This document shows positions 44,143 through 54,033 of a DNA stretch of 64,000 nt, one piece after another (the stretch's first letter is position 1; each line of letters starts with the position of its first letter). The position numbers and the translations under genes are program-made. The notes under the pieces were generated by a model that was not told where the DNA came from, searched no databases, and saw nothing but the letters and a program-made list of their open reading frames with translations. The DNA is taken from NCBI GenBank assembly GCA_946183785.1, contig CAMHCS010000003.1:317-64316 (forward strand), read 5' to 3'. Source of the stretch: an uncultured Selenomonadales bacterium. Its GTDB lineage: Bacteria; Bacillota; Negativicutes; Selenomonadales; Selenomonadaceae.

Positions 44143-46596
44143 ATGCCAATGGCAAAAGCCAAGGAAAGCGCTTCGCAGGTGGAAGAGATGAAAAAGCGGT
44201 TTGTGCTGACGGCGCATGTCATGTTCGGGCGCGATATCGAAGAACTGACGCCGCACGAGATTTATCTGACCATCGCGACGACGACGCGGGAGCTGTTGTC
44301 CGAGAAGTGGATCAAGACGAACAAAACATATCAGGAAAAGAAAGCGAAGCAGGTTTATTATTTCTCGATCGAATTCCTGCTGGGCCGCCTTTTGAACACA
44401 AACCTGATCAATCTGGGCGTAAAGGATTTGATGGAGGAAGCGCTGGGGTCGCTGAATTTAAGCCTTGCGCGCTATCTTTCCGAGGAGCCGGACGCTGGCC
44501 TTGGCAACGGCGGCCTCGGCCGTCTCGCGGCCTGCTTCATCGACTCCATGGCGGCGCTCGGGCTTCCCGGCCACGGGTGCAGCATCCGTTACCAGTACGG
44601 CCTGTTCGAGCAGAAAATCATCGACGGCAACCAGGTCGAGTTGCCGGACAAATGGCTTCGTGACGGCTTCGCGTGGGAATACCGCAAACCGGACAAGGCG
44701 GTCAACGTGCGCTTCGGCGGCCACGCCTATATGAAAGAGCAGCCGGACGGCAGCCTGCGCCTCGTGCATGAGGATTACACCACGGTGCTGGCGGTGCCTT
44801 ACGACGTGCCCGTGGTGGGCGCGAAAAACAACACGGTAAACACGCTGCGTCTTTGGAACGCGGAAGTTGACAAAGACTTCGTCACTTTCGGCGGCACGCT
44901 GACCCATGAGCAGATCCAAGACCGTATGCGCTACCGCAACTATGTCGAGAACATCACCCATTTCCTCTATCCGGACGACAGCACCGAGGAAGGGCGGAAC
45001 CTCCGTCTCGTGCAGGAATACTTCTTCGTGTCGGCGGGCGTCCAGAGCATCGTGCGCCATCATGTGAAAGCGGGCAATCTGCTCCATGACCTGCCGGACA
45101 AGATCGCCATCCACATCAACGACACCCATCCGGCTCTCGCGGTGGCCGAACTGATGCGCATCCTCGTCGACGAGGAGGGCATCCCTTGGGAAGAGGCATG
45201 GGAGATCACCAGCAACACGGTGGCCTACACGAACCACACGATCATGCCGGAAGCACTGGAACGCTGGCCCGTCGGAATGTTCCGCAACCTGCTGCCGCGC
45301 ATCTATATGATTATCGAGGAAATCAACGCGCGCTTCCTGAAGCATGTGCGCCGCCGCTATCCGGGGGACGAGGAGCGGGTACGCGCCCTCTCGATCATCC
45401 AGGACGATCAGGTCCACATGGCGCGGCTGGCCGTGGTGGGCAGCTACAGCGTCAACGGCGTGGCGGCCATCCATTCCGAGATTTTGAAGCACACGACGCT
45501 GCGCCCGTTCTTCGAGTTCTACCCGTCGAAGTTCAACAACAAGACGAACGGCATCACGCACCGCCGCTGGCTGATTGCGGCGAACCCGGAACTGGCAGAC
45601 TTCCTCGACGAGAAATTGACCTCGGCATGGCAAAAGCAGCCGTCGCTTCTTGAGCATCTGGCGGAACTGAAGGACGACCCGGAGACTTTGGCGCGGCTGG
45701 CGGACATCAAGCTGACCCGCAAGAAAATCCTCGCCCGCCGCATACGGGAGCACACGGGGCTTCGCGTCGACCCGGAGACGCTCTTCGACATTCAGGTCAA
45801 GCGCATCCACTCCTATAAGCGGCAGCTGATGAATGTGCTGCATATCATGTACCAGTACGACCGCCTGCGCCGGGGCAAGGACGCGGACATGGTGCCGACG
45901 ACTTACTTCTTCGGCGGCAAGGCGGCGCCGGGCTACTATATCGCGAAAGAGACCATCCGGCTGATTTGCGCGGTGGCCGACGTGGTGAACCACGACCCGA
46001 CCACGAACAAGATGCTGAAGGTCGTATTTATCGAGAATTTCGGCGTGTCCATCGGCGAAGTGGTCTACCCGGCGGCGGACGTGTCCGAGCAGATTTCCAC
46101 GGCCAGCAAGGAAGCCTCCGGCACCGGCAACATGAAGTTCATGATGAACGGCGCGATCACCCTCGGCACGATGGACGGCGCGAACGTCGAGATCCACGAG
46201 GCCGTGGGCGGCGACGAGCATTGCGTGATTTTCGGTCTGACGGCGGAAAAGGTCATGGACTACTACGCCAACGGCAAATATTCGGCCTGGGAAGAATACA
46301 ACAACAACGAGTCGGTGCGCCGCGTGCTGGATCGCCTCGTGGACGGCACCTATGGCGACTTCCGCTCGCTGTTCGACTATCTGCTGCAGAACAACGACGA
46401 ATTCTTTATTCTGAAAGATTTTGACGCGTACCGCGAAGGCCATGAGGAAATCATGCGCCGCTACCGCGACAAGCGGGGCTGGACCCGTTCCATGCTGATG
46501 AACATCGCAATGTCGGGCCGCTTCTCCTCCGACCGCACCATTCAGGAGTACGCGGACGATATTTGGCAGCTGAAGCCGGTTCATGTAGTGGTATAG
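44143..46596 (+). CDS. glgP: Glycogen/maltodextrin phosphorylase GlgP
   Basis: 817 aa. PLP-lysine region EASGTGNMKFMMNGA, plus EPDAGLGNGGLGRLAACF. Confidence 0.95.
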   Translation: MPMAKAKESASQVEEMKKRFVLTAHVMFGRDIEELTPHEIYLTIATTTRELLSEKWIKTNKTYQEKKAKQVYYFSIEFLLGRLLNTNLINLGVKDLMEEALGSLNLSLARYLSEEPDAGLGNGGLGRLAACFIDSMAALGLPGHGCSIRYQYGLFEQKIIDGNQVELPDKWLRDGFAWEYRKPDKAVNVRFGGHAYMKEQPDGSLRLVHEDYTTVLAVPYDVPVVGAKNNTVNTLRLWNAEVDKDFVTFGGTLTHEQIQDRMRYRNYVENITHFLYPDDSTEEGRNLRLVQEYFFVSAGVQSIVRHHVKAGNLLHDLPDKIAIHINDTHPALAVAELMRILVDEEGIPWEEAWEITSNTVAYTNHTIMPEALERWPVGMFRNLLPRIYMIIEEINARFLKHVRRRYPGDEERVRALSIIQDDQVHMARLAVVGSYSVNGVAAIHSEILKHTTLRPFFEFYPSKFNNKTNGITHRRWLIAANPELADFLDEKLTSAWQKQPSLLEHLAELKDDPETLARLADIKLTRKKILARRIREHTGLRVDPETLFDIQVKRIHSYKRQLMNVLHIMYQYDRLRRGKDADMVPTTYFFGGKAAPGYYIAKETIRLICAVADVVNHDPTTNKMLKVVFIENFGVSIGEVVYPAADVSEQISTASKEASGTGNMKFMMNGAITLGTMDGANVEIHEAVGGDEHCVIFGLTAEKVMDYYANGKYSAWEEYNNNESVRRVLDRLVDGTYGDFRSLFDYLLQNNDEFFILKDFDAYREGHEEIMRRYRDKRGWTRSMLMNIAMSGRFSSDRTIQEYADDIWQLKPVHVVV

Positions 46597-46609
46597 GAAG
46601 GATTTTGTT

Positions 46610-48508
46610 ATGAAAACTGCTGCATTGGCGGATTACGATCTTTACCTGTTCCATCAGGGAACGAATTACCACGCTTATGAAATGCTGGGCGCGCACTACA
46701 TGGAGCAGGACGGCGAGCGCGGCGTGCGCTTCGCGGTCTGGGCGCCCCACGCGCGGAACGTGAGCGTCGTCGGCGATTTCAACAACTGGGACACTCGCGA
46801 GCATCCGATGGAGCGCCTCGGCGACGGCGAGACTTGGGCGGCGTTCATTCCGGGGCTGCCTTCGGGCACGGTCTACAAGTACGCGATCGACCCGCCTTGG
46901 GGCGGCCCGTGGATCATGAAGGCCGACCCCTACGGCTTCTACGCGGAGAAAAAGCCGCTGACGGCCTCCCGTACCTATGATTACCCGGAATATGAATGGC
47001 ACGACGCGGTCTTCCAAGCGGCGAAGAAAAAAGGCTCGTCCTACGAAAAGCCGATGCTGACCTACGAAGTCCACCTCGGTTCGTGGCGCAGGCATCTCGA
47101 CGGCGGCTACCTGACTTATCGGGAGCTGGCCGACCAGCTCGTTTCCTACGCGGTGGAAATGAATTACACCCATATCGAGCTGATGCCCCTCTGCGAACAC
47201 CCCTTTGACGGTTCATGGGGCTATCAGGCCACCGGCTACTACGCGGTGACGAGCCGCTACGGCGAACCTGCCGACTTCATGTATTTCGTGGATAAGGCCC
47301 ACCAAGCGGGCATCGGGATCATCATGGACTGGGTGCCCGGCCATTTCTGCAAGGACGACCAAGGGCTTAGGATGTTCGACGGCTTGAACCTCTACGAGTC
47401 GGACAACGAGCAGCGCGCGGAAAACAAGGGCTGGGGGACTACGAATTTCGACTACGGGCGCACCGAGGTCAAAAGCTTCCTGATCTCGAACGCGCTGTTC
47501 TGGATGGAGGAATACCATATCGACGGCCTGCGCATCGACGCGGTGGCGAATATGCTCTATCTGAACTACGGGCGCGAGGAAGGCGAATGGCTGCCGAACA
47601 AATACGGCGGCACCGGCAACCTCGAAGCGATGGACTTCCTGAAGCAGCTGAACATGGCCGTGTTCGAGTATCTGCCCGACGCGCTGATGATCGCCGAGGA
47701 ATCGACCTCCTGGCCGATGATCTCGAAGCCGATCTGGATGGGCGGCATGGGCTTCAACTACAAATGGAACATGGGCTGGATGAACGATGTCCTGAAGTAC
47801 ATGAGCCTCGACCCGATTTACCGGAAATGGAACCAGGACAAGCTGACTTTCTCGCTGATGTACGCGTTCTCCGAGAATTTCGTGCTTCCCCTGTCCCATG
47901 ACGAGGTCGTCCACGGCAAATGCTCGCTGATCGAGAAGATGCCCGGCGACTACTGGCAGAAATTCGCGGGGCTTCGGGCGTTCTTCGGCTACTGGATGGC
48001 ACACCCCGGAAAAAAACTACTCTTCATGGGCGGCGAGTTCGGGCACTTCATCGAGTGGAACTTCGACGACAGCCTCGACTGGCACTTGGTCGAGGGCTAC
48101 CCGAAGCATCAGGAAATGCAGCGCTACTCGAAAGCGCTGAATAAATTCTACAACGACCAGCCCGCGTTCTGGCAGGTGGATTTCGACTGGCGGGGCTTCG
48201 AGTGGATCGATTGCAGCGACATGGATCACAGTATCCTCGTCTTCGTGCGCCGCGCGAAGAACGGAAGGGATCATGTGGTGGTCGTTTCGAGCTTTACGCC
48301 GGAGGTCCATTACGGCTACCGCATCGGCGTGCCGGAAGCGGGAACGTACCAAGAAGTATTCAACAGCGACGATACAAAGTACGGCGGCTCCGGCGTATCC
48401 ACGGGCGGCCCGCACCAGACGGAAGAAATCCCGTGGCACAACAAGCCGCAATCCATCGCGCTGACCATCCCGCCGCTGGCGACGGTGTACCTGAAATTGC
48501 AAACGTGA
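46610..48508 (+). CDS. glgB: 1,4-alpha-glucan branching enzyme GlgB
   Basis: GH13 regions GIIMDWVPGHF, GLRIDAVANM, IAEEST and LSHDEV. 632 aa. Confidence 0.95.
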   Translation: MKTAALADYDLYLFHQGTNYHAYEMLGAHYMEQDGERGVRFAVWAPHARNVSVVGDFNNWDTREHPMERLGDGETWAAFIPGLPSGTVYKYAIDPPWGGPWIMKADPYGFYAEKKPLTASRTYDYPEYEWHDAVFQAAKKKGSSYEKPMLTYEVHLGSWRRHLDGGYLTYRELADQLVSYAVEMNYTHIELMPLCEHPFDGSWGYQATGYYAVTSRYGEPADFMYFVDKAHQAGIGIIMDWVPGHFCKDDQGLRMFDGLNLYESDNEQRAENKGWGTTNFDYGRTEVKSFLISNALFWMEEYHIDGLRIDAVANMLYLNYGREEGEWLPNKYGGTGNLEAMDFLKQLNMAVFEYLPDALMIAEESTSWPMISKPIWMGGMGFNYKWNMGWMNDVLKYMSLDPIYRKWNQDKLTFSLMYAFSENFVLPLSHDEVVHGKCSLIEKMPGDYWQKFAGLRAFFGYWMAHPGKKLLFMGGEFGHFIEWNFDDSLDWHLVEGYPKHQEMQRYSKALNKFYNDQPAFWQVDFDWRGFEWIDCSDMDHSILVFVRRAKNGRDHVVVVSSFTPEVHYGYRIGVPEAGTYQEVFNSDDTKYGGSGVSTGGPHQTEEIPWHNKPQSIALTIPPLATVYLKLQT

Positions 48509-48512
48509 TTAA

Positions 48513-48644
48513 CCTTCCCCTCTGGGGAAGGTGGCAGCCCGCAGGGCTGACGGATGAGGTCTTGCAACGTAACGACTGATGCAAGCACGTCGCTGCAAGA
48601 CCTCACCCACCGCTAAAGCGGTCCCCCCTTCCCTCCGGGGAAGG
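48513..48644. repeat. 132-nt multi-hairpin palindromic element between glgB and glgA (REP/MITE-like, or a structured RNA)
   Basis: Terminal hairpins CCTTCCCC-TCT-GGGGAAGG (48513-48531) and CCTTCCC-TCCG-GGGAAGG (48627-48644). Inner hairpins CAGCCC-GCA-GGGCTG (48535-48549) and ACCGCT/AGCGGT (48609-48622). A 12-bp long-range helix pairs TGAGGTCTTGCA (48555-48566) with TGCAAGACCTCA (48594-48605). Confidence 0.75.
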
Positions 48645-48729
48645 CAAGGGTATGATTACAGGCAACACAAATAAACAGGAGCGCGGAAGCCGCTGTCGGC
48701 TCCGTAGCCCCGAATGGAGGGATTGTTCT

Positions 48730-50178
48730 ATGTTGAAAGTTCTCTATGTCGCGTCGGAGGCCGTGCCGTTCATCAAGACGGGCGGACTGGCCGACGTGGC
48801 GGGCTCGTTGCCGAAGGCCCTGAAGAAGCAGGGCGTGGACGTGCGTGTCGTGATGCCGAAGTACGGCAAGATCGCCCAGGAATATCTGGACAAGATGGAG
48901 CACATCTATGACGGCGAATTCACGATCTCCTGGCGCACGAAATTCCTCGGCATCGACAAGCTGGAACTGAACGGCGTGACGTTCTACTTCATCGACAACC
49001 AGGAATATTTTTACCGCGAGGGATTCTACGGTTACGGCGACGACGCGGAACGTTTCTCGTTCTTCAGCCGCGCGGTGCTGGAGATTCTGCCGAAGGATGA
49101 TTTCTGGCCCGACGTGATCCACACCAACGACTGGCACACGGCGCTCGTCAATGTCTACCTGCGTCTCGACCACATCGGCGACGAGCGGTACGAGCGCATC
49201 CGCACGGTCTTCACAATCCACAACCTCAAATATCAGGGCGTGTTCCCGAAGGACGTCATGGAGGATGTGCTGGGTCTCGACTGGAAGTATTTCACCAACG
49301 GCGACCTCGAATATTACGACGCCGTCAACTTCATGAAGGGCGCGATCATTTACGCGGACAATATCACGACGGTCAGCCGCACCTACGCGCAGGAAATCCA
49401 GTACGAGTATTTCGGCGAGGGCTTGGACGGCTTGCTTCGCAGCCGCGCTGCGGACCTCCACGGCATCAACAACGGCCTTGACACAGATCTGTACAATCCG
49501 GAGACTGATCCCTACCTGACGGACCCCTTCACGCAATATAACGCGGACACCGCGCTGGAAACCAAGACGGACAACAAGGTCGCGCTCCAGCATATCCTGG
49601 ATTTGCCTTTGGAGCGCCGGACGCCGCTGGTCGCCATGGTGACCCGCCTGGTGGAAGCGAAGGGGCTTGATCTTGTGGTTCGCGTGCTGGACGAGCTTTT
49701 GGAGCACGAGAATATGCAGTTCGTGTTGCTGGGCACCGGCGACCGCGTCTATGAGGACTGGTTCCGGGAATTGGCGTGGCGTCACCCGACGAAAGTTTCG
49801 GCGAACATCTACTTCTCCGACGAGATGGCCCAGCGCATTTACGCGTCCTCCTCGATTTTCCTGATGCCGTCGGCCTACGAGCCTTGCGGCCTCGGGCAGC
49901 TCATCGCCATGCGCTACGGCGCTATTCCGGTGGTTCGCGCCACCGGCGGCCTCACGGACACCGTGATTCCTTACAACAAGGCGGCGGGCGAGGGCAACGG
50001 GTTCCTGTTCTCGGACTACAACGCCCACGACATGATGTACACCATCAAGAAAGCGCTGACCATTTACCGCGACCTTGGGGCTTGGAAGCGCCTGATGGAG
50101 AACGCCATGCATGCCGATTACAGCTGGGCTCGCTCGTCAAAGGAGTATAAGGCTCTCTACGAGCGGCTGATTGGATAA
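48730..50178 (+). CDS. glgA: Glycogen synthase GlgA
   Basis: MLKVLYVASEAVPFIKTGGLADV N-terminus. ATG 48730 follows AATGGAGGGA. The ORF-track start at 48652 runs into the repeat element and is rejected. Confidence 0.93.
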   Translation: MLKVLYVASEAVPFIKTGGLADVAGSLPKALKKQGVDVRVVMPKYGKIAQEYLDKMEHIYDGEFTISWRTKFLGIDKLELNGVTFYFIDNQEYFYREGFYGYGDDAERFSFFSRAVLEILPKDDFWPDVIHTNDWHTALVNVYLRLDHIGDERYERIRTVFTIHNLKYQGVFPKDVMEDVLGLDWKYFTNGDLEYYDAVNFMKGAIIYADNITTVSRTYAQEIQYEYFGEGLDGLLRSRAADLHGINNGLDTDLYNPETDPYLTDPFTQYNADTALETKTDNKVALQHILDLPLERRTPLVAMVTRLVEAKGLDLVVRVLDELLEHENMQFVLLGTGDRVYEDWFRELAWRHPTKVSANIYFSDEMAQRIYASSSIFLMPSAYEPCGLGQLIAMRYGAIPVVRATGGLTDTVIPYNKAAGEGNGFLFSDYNAHDMMYTIKKALTIYRDLGAWKRLMENAMHADYSWARSSKEYKALYERLIG

Positions 50179-50208
50179 AAAACAACTCTTGCAAGGATGT
50201 GAAGAACG

Positions 50209-53200
50209 TTGGCTGCGGAACTCAAAGTCATACATGATTCGCGAAACCCTGCCTTCCGCTTCCCCATCGGGGCAGTGGAAGCCGGCGGTCGCGTGCGTCT
50301 CGCGCTGTCCGTCGAGGGCGCGGAGGACGCGGAAACCATTGTGGCAGAGGTGCGCGTCTGGCGTGACGGCGTAGGCGAGACCCTTGTGCCGATGACGCTC
50401 CTTTCAAACAAAGACAGTGACGAAGAAAAGGCAACGGGGGAACCGTTGCCTTTTTCCGCGCCCGGATGGTTTGTCGCGACGGTCGATCTGCCGGACGAAG
50501 GCGGGCTTTTGTGGTATTATTTCATCCTGCTGATCGACCGCCATGTCCGTTTCTACGGCAATATCGGCGGTCTCGGCGGAGAGGGCGGCTTTTCCGACGC
50601 GCCTCCCGGCTCGTTCCAGATCACGGTCTACGATAAGGGCGCGACGACGCCCGCGTGGTTCCGCCGCTCGATCATGTACCAGATTTTCCCCGACCGGTTC
50701 TATCGCGAGCATCTGATCGAAGCGGAAAAACGCGGCGCGGTGATCCACGCCTCTTGGAAAGACGCGCCCTGCTATTACAAGGACCCGGACACGAAGGAGA
50801 TCATCGCCTACGATTTTTACGGCGGCAATATCGCCGGCGTCCGAGCCAAGCTTCCGTACCTGAAGGAACTGGGAATCTCCGTCATCTATTTCAATCCCGT
50901 GTTCGAGGCGGAAAGCAACCACCGGTACGACACCGGCGACTACAAGAAAATCGATCCGCTGCTCGGCACGAACGAGGAATTTGTGGAGTTCTGCCGCGAG
51001 GCGAAAAAAGAGGGAATCCGCGTGATCCTCGACGGCGTATTCAGCCATACGGGTGCGAACAGCCGCTATTTCAACAAAAAGGGAATGTATGACTCGGTCG
51101 GCGCATGGCAGTCGCCGAATTCGCCCTACGCGAAATGGTACGATTTCATCGAGTATCCGAACAAATATCATAGCTGGTGGGGATTTGAGACACTGCCGAA
51201 CGTCGTGGAGACCGAGCCAAGCTACATGGACTTCATCATCTCGTCGAAAGACAGCGTGCTTCACCATTGGGCCGAGGCCGGCGTCTCCGGCTGGCGCCTC
51301 GACGTCATCGACGAGCTGCCGCCGAAATTCTCCCAAGCCTTTTACCGCGAACTGAAGCGGACGGACAAAGACTTGGTGATGATCGGCGAAGTCTGGGAGG
51401 ACGCGTCGAACAAATCCAGCTACGGCGAGCAGCGCATGTATCTGGCGGGGCACGAGATCGACGGCGCGATGAACTATCCCTTCCGCACCATCGTGCTCGA
51501 CTTCCTGCTGGGGCACGCCAACGGCAACGCGGTCAATCGCCGCGTGGAGAGCCTCAGGGAAAATTATCCGGCGCACAATTTCTACGCGATGATGAACCTC
51601 ATCGGCAGCCATGACGTGGAGCGCGTGACGACGCTTCTCGGCGAGGCGCCGCCGCCGGGGGACAGCGAAACGGAACGGGCGGGCTTCCGCCTCGACGCGG
51701 AGCATCTGGCGCTGGCCCGGGCGCGTCTCGAAATCGCCTTTGTCTGGCAGATGACATTCCCCGGCGTGCCGTCGATCTACTACGGCGACGAGATCGCCAT
51801 GCAGGGCTATCGCGACCCATACAACCGCGCGCCTTACGACTGGACCGGCGGCGACGCCGCGCTCCGCGTCAAGGTCAAAGAAGCGACGAAGCTTCGGAAC
51901 GAGAATCCCGCCCTTGCGACGGGCGAAATGCTCCCGCTTGTCGCCGACGTCGACATTTACGCCTACGCCCGCGTGATTCGGGGCGAAAAAGACAAGTTCG
52001 GCGAGAAGGCGGCAGACGGCGCATTTGTCGTCGCGTTGAACCGGGGACGGGAAGCCGTGACCGTCGAACTGCCCGTCGGCGACTTCGCCACCGGGAAATT
52101 CCTTTCCGTTTACCAAACCGACCCGTGGAAGGACGATACGAAAAACGCGGAATCCGCGCCGAAGGAAAAGAAACCTTTGCCCATCGAGGGCGGCAAGATT
52201 CGCGTGACTCTCGCGCCCCTTTCGGCGGAAATCTGGCAGGAGCAAAAGCCGCCGAAACGCTTCCCGCGCATGGCCGGCGTGCTGCTGCACCCGACCTCGT
52301 TGCCCTCCTCTTGGGGCGTCGGCGACCTCGGCGAGACGGCGGAGAAATTTATCGACTTCCTGCAGAAAGCCGGGCAGCACATTTGGCAAATCCTGCCCCT
52401 CGGGCCCGTCGGTCCCGGCAACTCGCCCTACCAGCCGCCGTCGGCCTTCGCGGGGAACCCGCTCTTGATTTCGCCGGAAAAACTCGCGGCAGACGGCTGG
52501 CTCACCGAAGACGACCTGGAGTGGGGCAAGACGGCCCTCGGCTGCTCGCGTTCCTATCTTGGCAGCTCGCCGCAGTCCCATCCCTGCACGGGCAGCGCGG
52601 TGAACTACGTCCGCGCATGGGCCGTCAAGGCGGGCGCCCTGCGCCGCGCATGGCAGCGGTTCCAAAAGAACCCAACCCAGGATTTCAAGACGTTCTGCGA
52701 GAAAGAAGCCGCGTGGCTGGACGACTACGCGCTGTTCACGGCGGCCTCGGAAGAAAACAACGGCAAATCATGGACCGATTGGGAGCCCGCGCTCCGCGAC
52801 CGCGAGCCTTCGGCTCTCGCCGCACTCCGCGAACGGGCGGAGGACGCCATCGGCGTTGTGAAGTTCCAGCAATATCTGTTCGAGCGTCAGTGGCAGGCAA
52901 TCCATCGCCTCGCCGCGTCAAAGGGCGTCCGCATTTTCGGGGATATGCCGCTCTACCTCGCGCAGAACAGCGCCGACGTCTGGGCGAATCCGAAACTATT
53001 CGCGCTTGCTAAAGACGGCCACGCTGAAAAAGTTGCGGGCGTACCCCCAGACTATTTCAGCGAGGACGGCCAGCTTTGGGGCAACCCGCTCTACGACTGG
53101 GAGGCGATGAAAAGGGACGGCTTCACCTGGTGGGTGGAGCGTGTCGCTCGGCTCCTGCGACTCACGGACATCGTGCGCATCGATCATTTCCGCGGACTCG

Positions 53201-53814
53201 CTTCCTATTGGGAGGTTGACGCGAAGGAAACTACCGCGAAGAACGGCCAGTGGAAAAAAGGGCCGGGCGTCACGCTTTTGCATGCGCTTCGGCAGCGACT
53301 CGGCGATAATCTTCCCATCGTGGCGGAGGATCTTGGCGTGCAGTCCGCCGACGTGATACAGCTTCTCGAGACCAGCGGCCTGCCGGGCATGAAGGTCATC
53401 GAGTTCGAATGCCTCGGCAACGGCACTCCACGGGCTGGCGTCGCCGCGCCGGAAAACTGCGTGATCTACACCGGCACCCACGACAACAACACGGCGGCCG
53501 GCTGGTATCTCGACGACCTCGGCTATGAGGATCGCGCGAAGGTCGCCGCGTGGCTGGGCGTCATGCCGGCGACGGAGAACGACGAACGGGAAACGGCGAA
53601 ACAGGTTGCAGCGAAGCTTGTGGAAACAGCGTATGCTTCCGAAGCGAGAATCGCCGTCGTTCCCGTACAGGACCTCCTCGGCCTGGAAGGACGCCACAGA
53701 ATGAATCGTCCCGGCACGCCGGAAGGAAACTGGAGCTGGAGGATCAAAGAAGGAAAGCTGACCGACGACCTCGCGGGCAAAATCGCGGCGTTGGTGAAAA
53801 AATACGGACGGTAA
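50209..53814 (+). CDS. Fusion of a GH13 alpha-amylase/neopullulanase-like enzyme (N-terminal ~685 aa) with a GH77 4-alpha-glucanotransferase MalQ (C-terminal ~515 aa)
   Basis: GH13 regions VILDGVFSHT, GWRLDVIDEL, MIGEVWED and LIGSHDVER. The GH77 part starts RMAGVLLHPTSLPSSWGVGDLG (codon at 52270) and includes RIDHFRGL. One uninterrupted 1201-codon frame. TTG start. Confidence 0.85.
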   Translation: MAAELKVIHDSRNPAFRFPIGAVEAGGRVRLALSVEGAEDAETIVAEVRVWRDGVGETLVPMTLLSNKDSDEEKATGEPLPFSAPGWFVATVDLPDEGGLLWYYFILLIDRHVRFYGNIGGLGGEGGFSDAPPGSFQITVYDKGATTPAWFRRSIMYQIFPDRFYREHLIEAEKRGAVIHASWKDAPCYYKDPDTKEIIAYDFYGGNIAGVRAKLPYLKELGISVIYFNPVFEAESNHRYDTGDYKKIDPLLGTNEEFVEFCREAKKEGIRVILDGVFSHTGANSRYFNKKGMYDSVGAWQSPNSPYAKWYDFIEYPNKYHSWWGFETLPNVVETEPSYMDFIISSKDSVLHHWAEAGVSGWRLDVIDELPPKFSQAFYRELKRTDKDLVMIGEVWEDASNKSSYGEQRMYLAGHEIDGAMNYPFRTIVLDFLLGHANGNAVNRRVESLRENYPAHNFYAMMNLIGSHDVERVTTLLGEAPPPGDSETERAGFRLDAEHLALARARLEIAFVWQMTFPGVPSIYYGDEIAMQGYRDPYNRAPYDWTGGDAALRVKVKEATKLRNENPALATGEMLPLVADVDIYAYARVIRGEKDKFGEKAADGAFVVALNRGREAVTVELPVGDFATGKFLSVYQTDPWKDDTKNAESAPKEKKPLPIEGGKIRVTLAPLSAEIWQEQKPPKRFPRMAGVLLHPTSLPSSWGVGDLGETAEKFIDFLQKAGQHIWQILPLGPVGPGNSPYQPPSAFAGNPLLISPEKLAADGWLTEDDLEWGKTALGCSRSYLGSSPQSHPCTGSAVNYVRAWAVKAGALRRAWQRFQKNPTQDFKTFCEKEAAWLDDYALFTAASEENNGKSWTDWEPALRDREPSALAALRERAEDAIGVVKFQQYLFERQWQAIHRLAASKGVRIFGDMPLYLAQNSADVWANPKLFALAKDGHAEKVAGVPPDYFSEDGQLWGNPLYDWEAMKRDGFTWWVERVARLLRLTDIVRIDHFRGLASYWEVDAKETTAKNGQWKKGPGVTLLHALRQRLGDNLPIVAEDLGVQSADVIQLLETSGLPGMKVIEFECLGNGTPRAGVAAPENCVIYTGTHDNNTAAGWYLDDLGYEDRAKVAAWLGVMPATENDERETAKQVAAKLVETAYASEARIAVVPVQDLLGLEGRHRMNRPGTPEGNWSWRIKEGKLTDDLAGKIAALVKKYGR

Positions 53815-53820
53815 GCATAC

Positions 53821-53853
53821 AAAAAAGGCTTCCGGGCAAAACGCTCGGAAGCC
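53821..53853. terminator. Bidirectional terminator hairpin (ends the GH13-GH77 gene on + and tRNA-Ser on -)
   Basis: Stem GGCTTCCG (53827-53834) / CGGAAGCC (53846-53853). AAAAAA at 53821-53826 gives a T-run on the minus strand. Confidence 0.7.
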
Positions 53854-53861
53854 GTAATCTT

Positions 53862-53951
<90 letters not shown>

Positions 53952-54033
53952 AGTGACAGAAAATAGTATAGCATAAGCGGCGGGGCGTTGCAAATGATTT
54001 TTGCAGCCCGCCGCTGTTTGTTTGTTCGCTTGT

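Noticed and set aside
44458-46584. 708-aa minus-strand ORF antisense to glgP (similar cases: 50404-52665 antisense to the GH13-GH77 gene, 42928-43905 antisense to glgD, 36426-37736 antisense to the nucleotidase, 34156-35226 antisense to the MCP)
   Set aside because: In each case the opposite strand carries diagnostic enzyme motifs. The antisense products are R/H/V/A-rich with no recognisable domains.
48202-48729. Small ORFs crossing the glgB-glgA spacer (for example 48202-48579 +, 48316-48606 -) and the N-terminal extension of glgA from 48652
   Set aside because: They translate the palindromic repeat element (PLWGRWQPAGLTDEV and similar) and lack RBSs. glgA has a canonical MLKVLYVASE start with an RBS at 48730.
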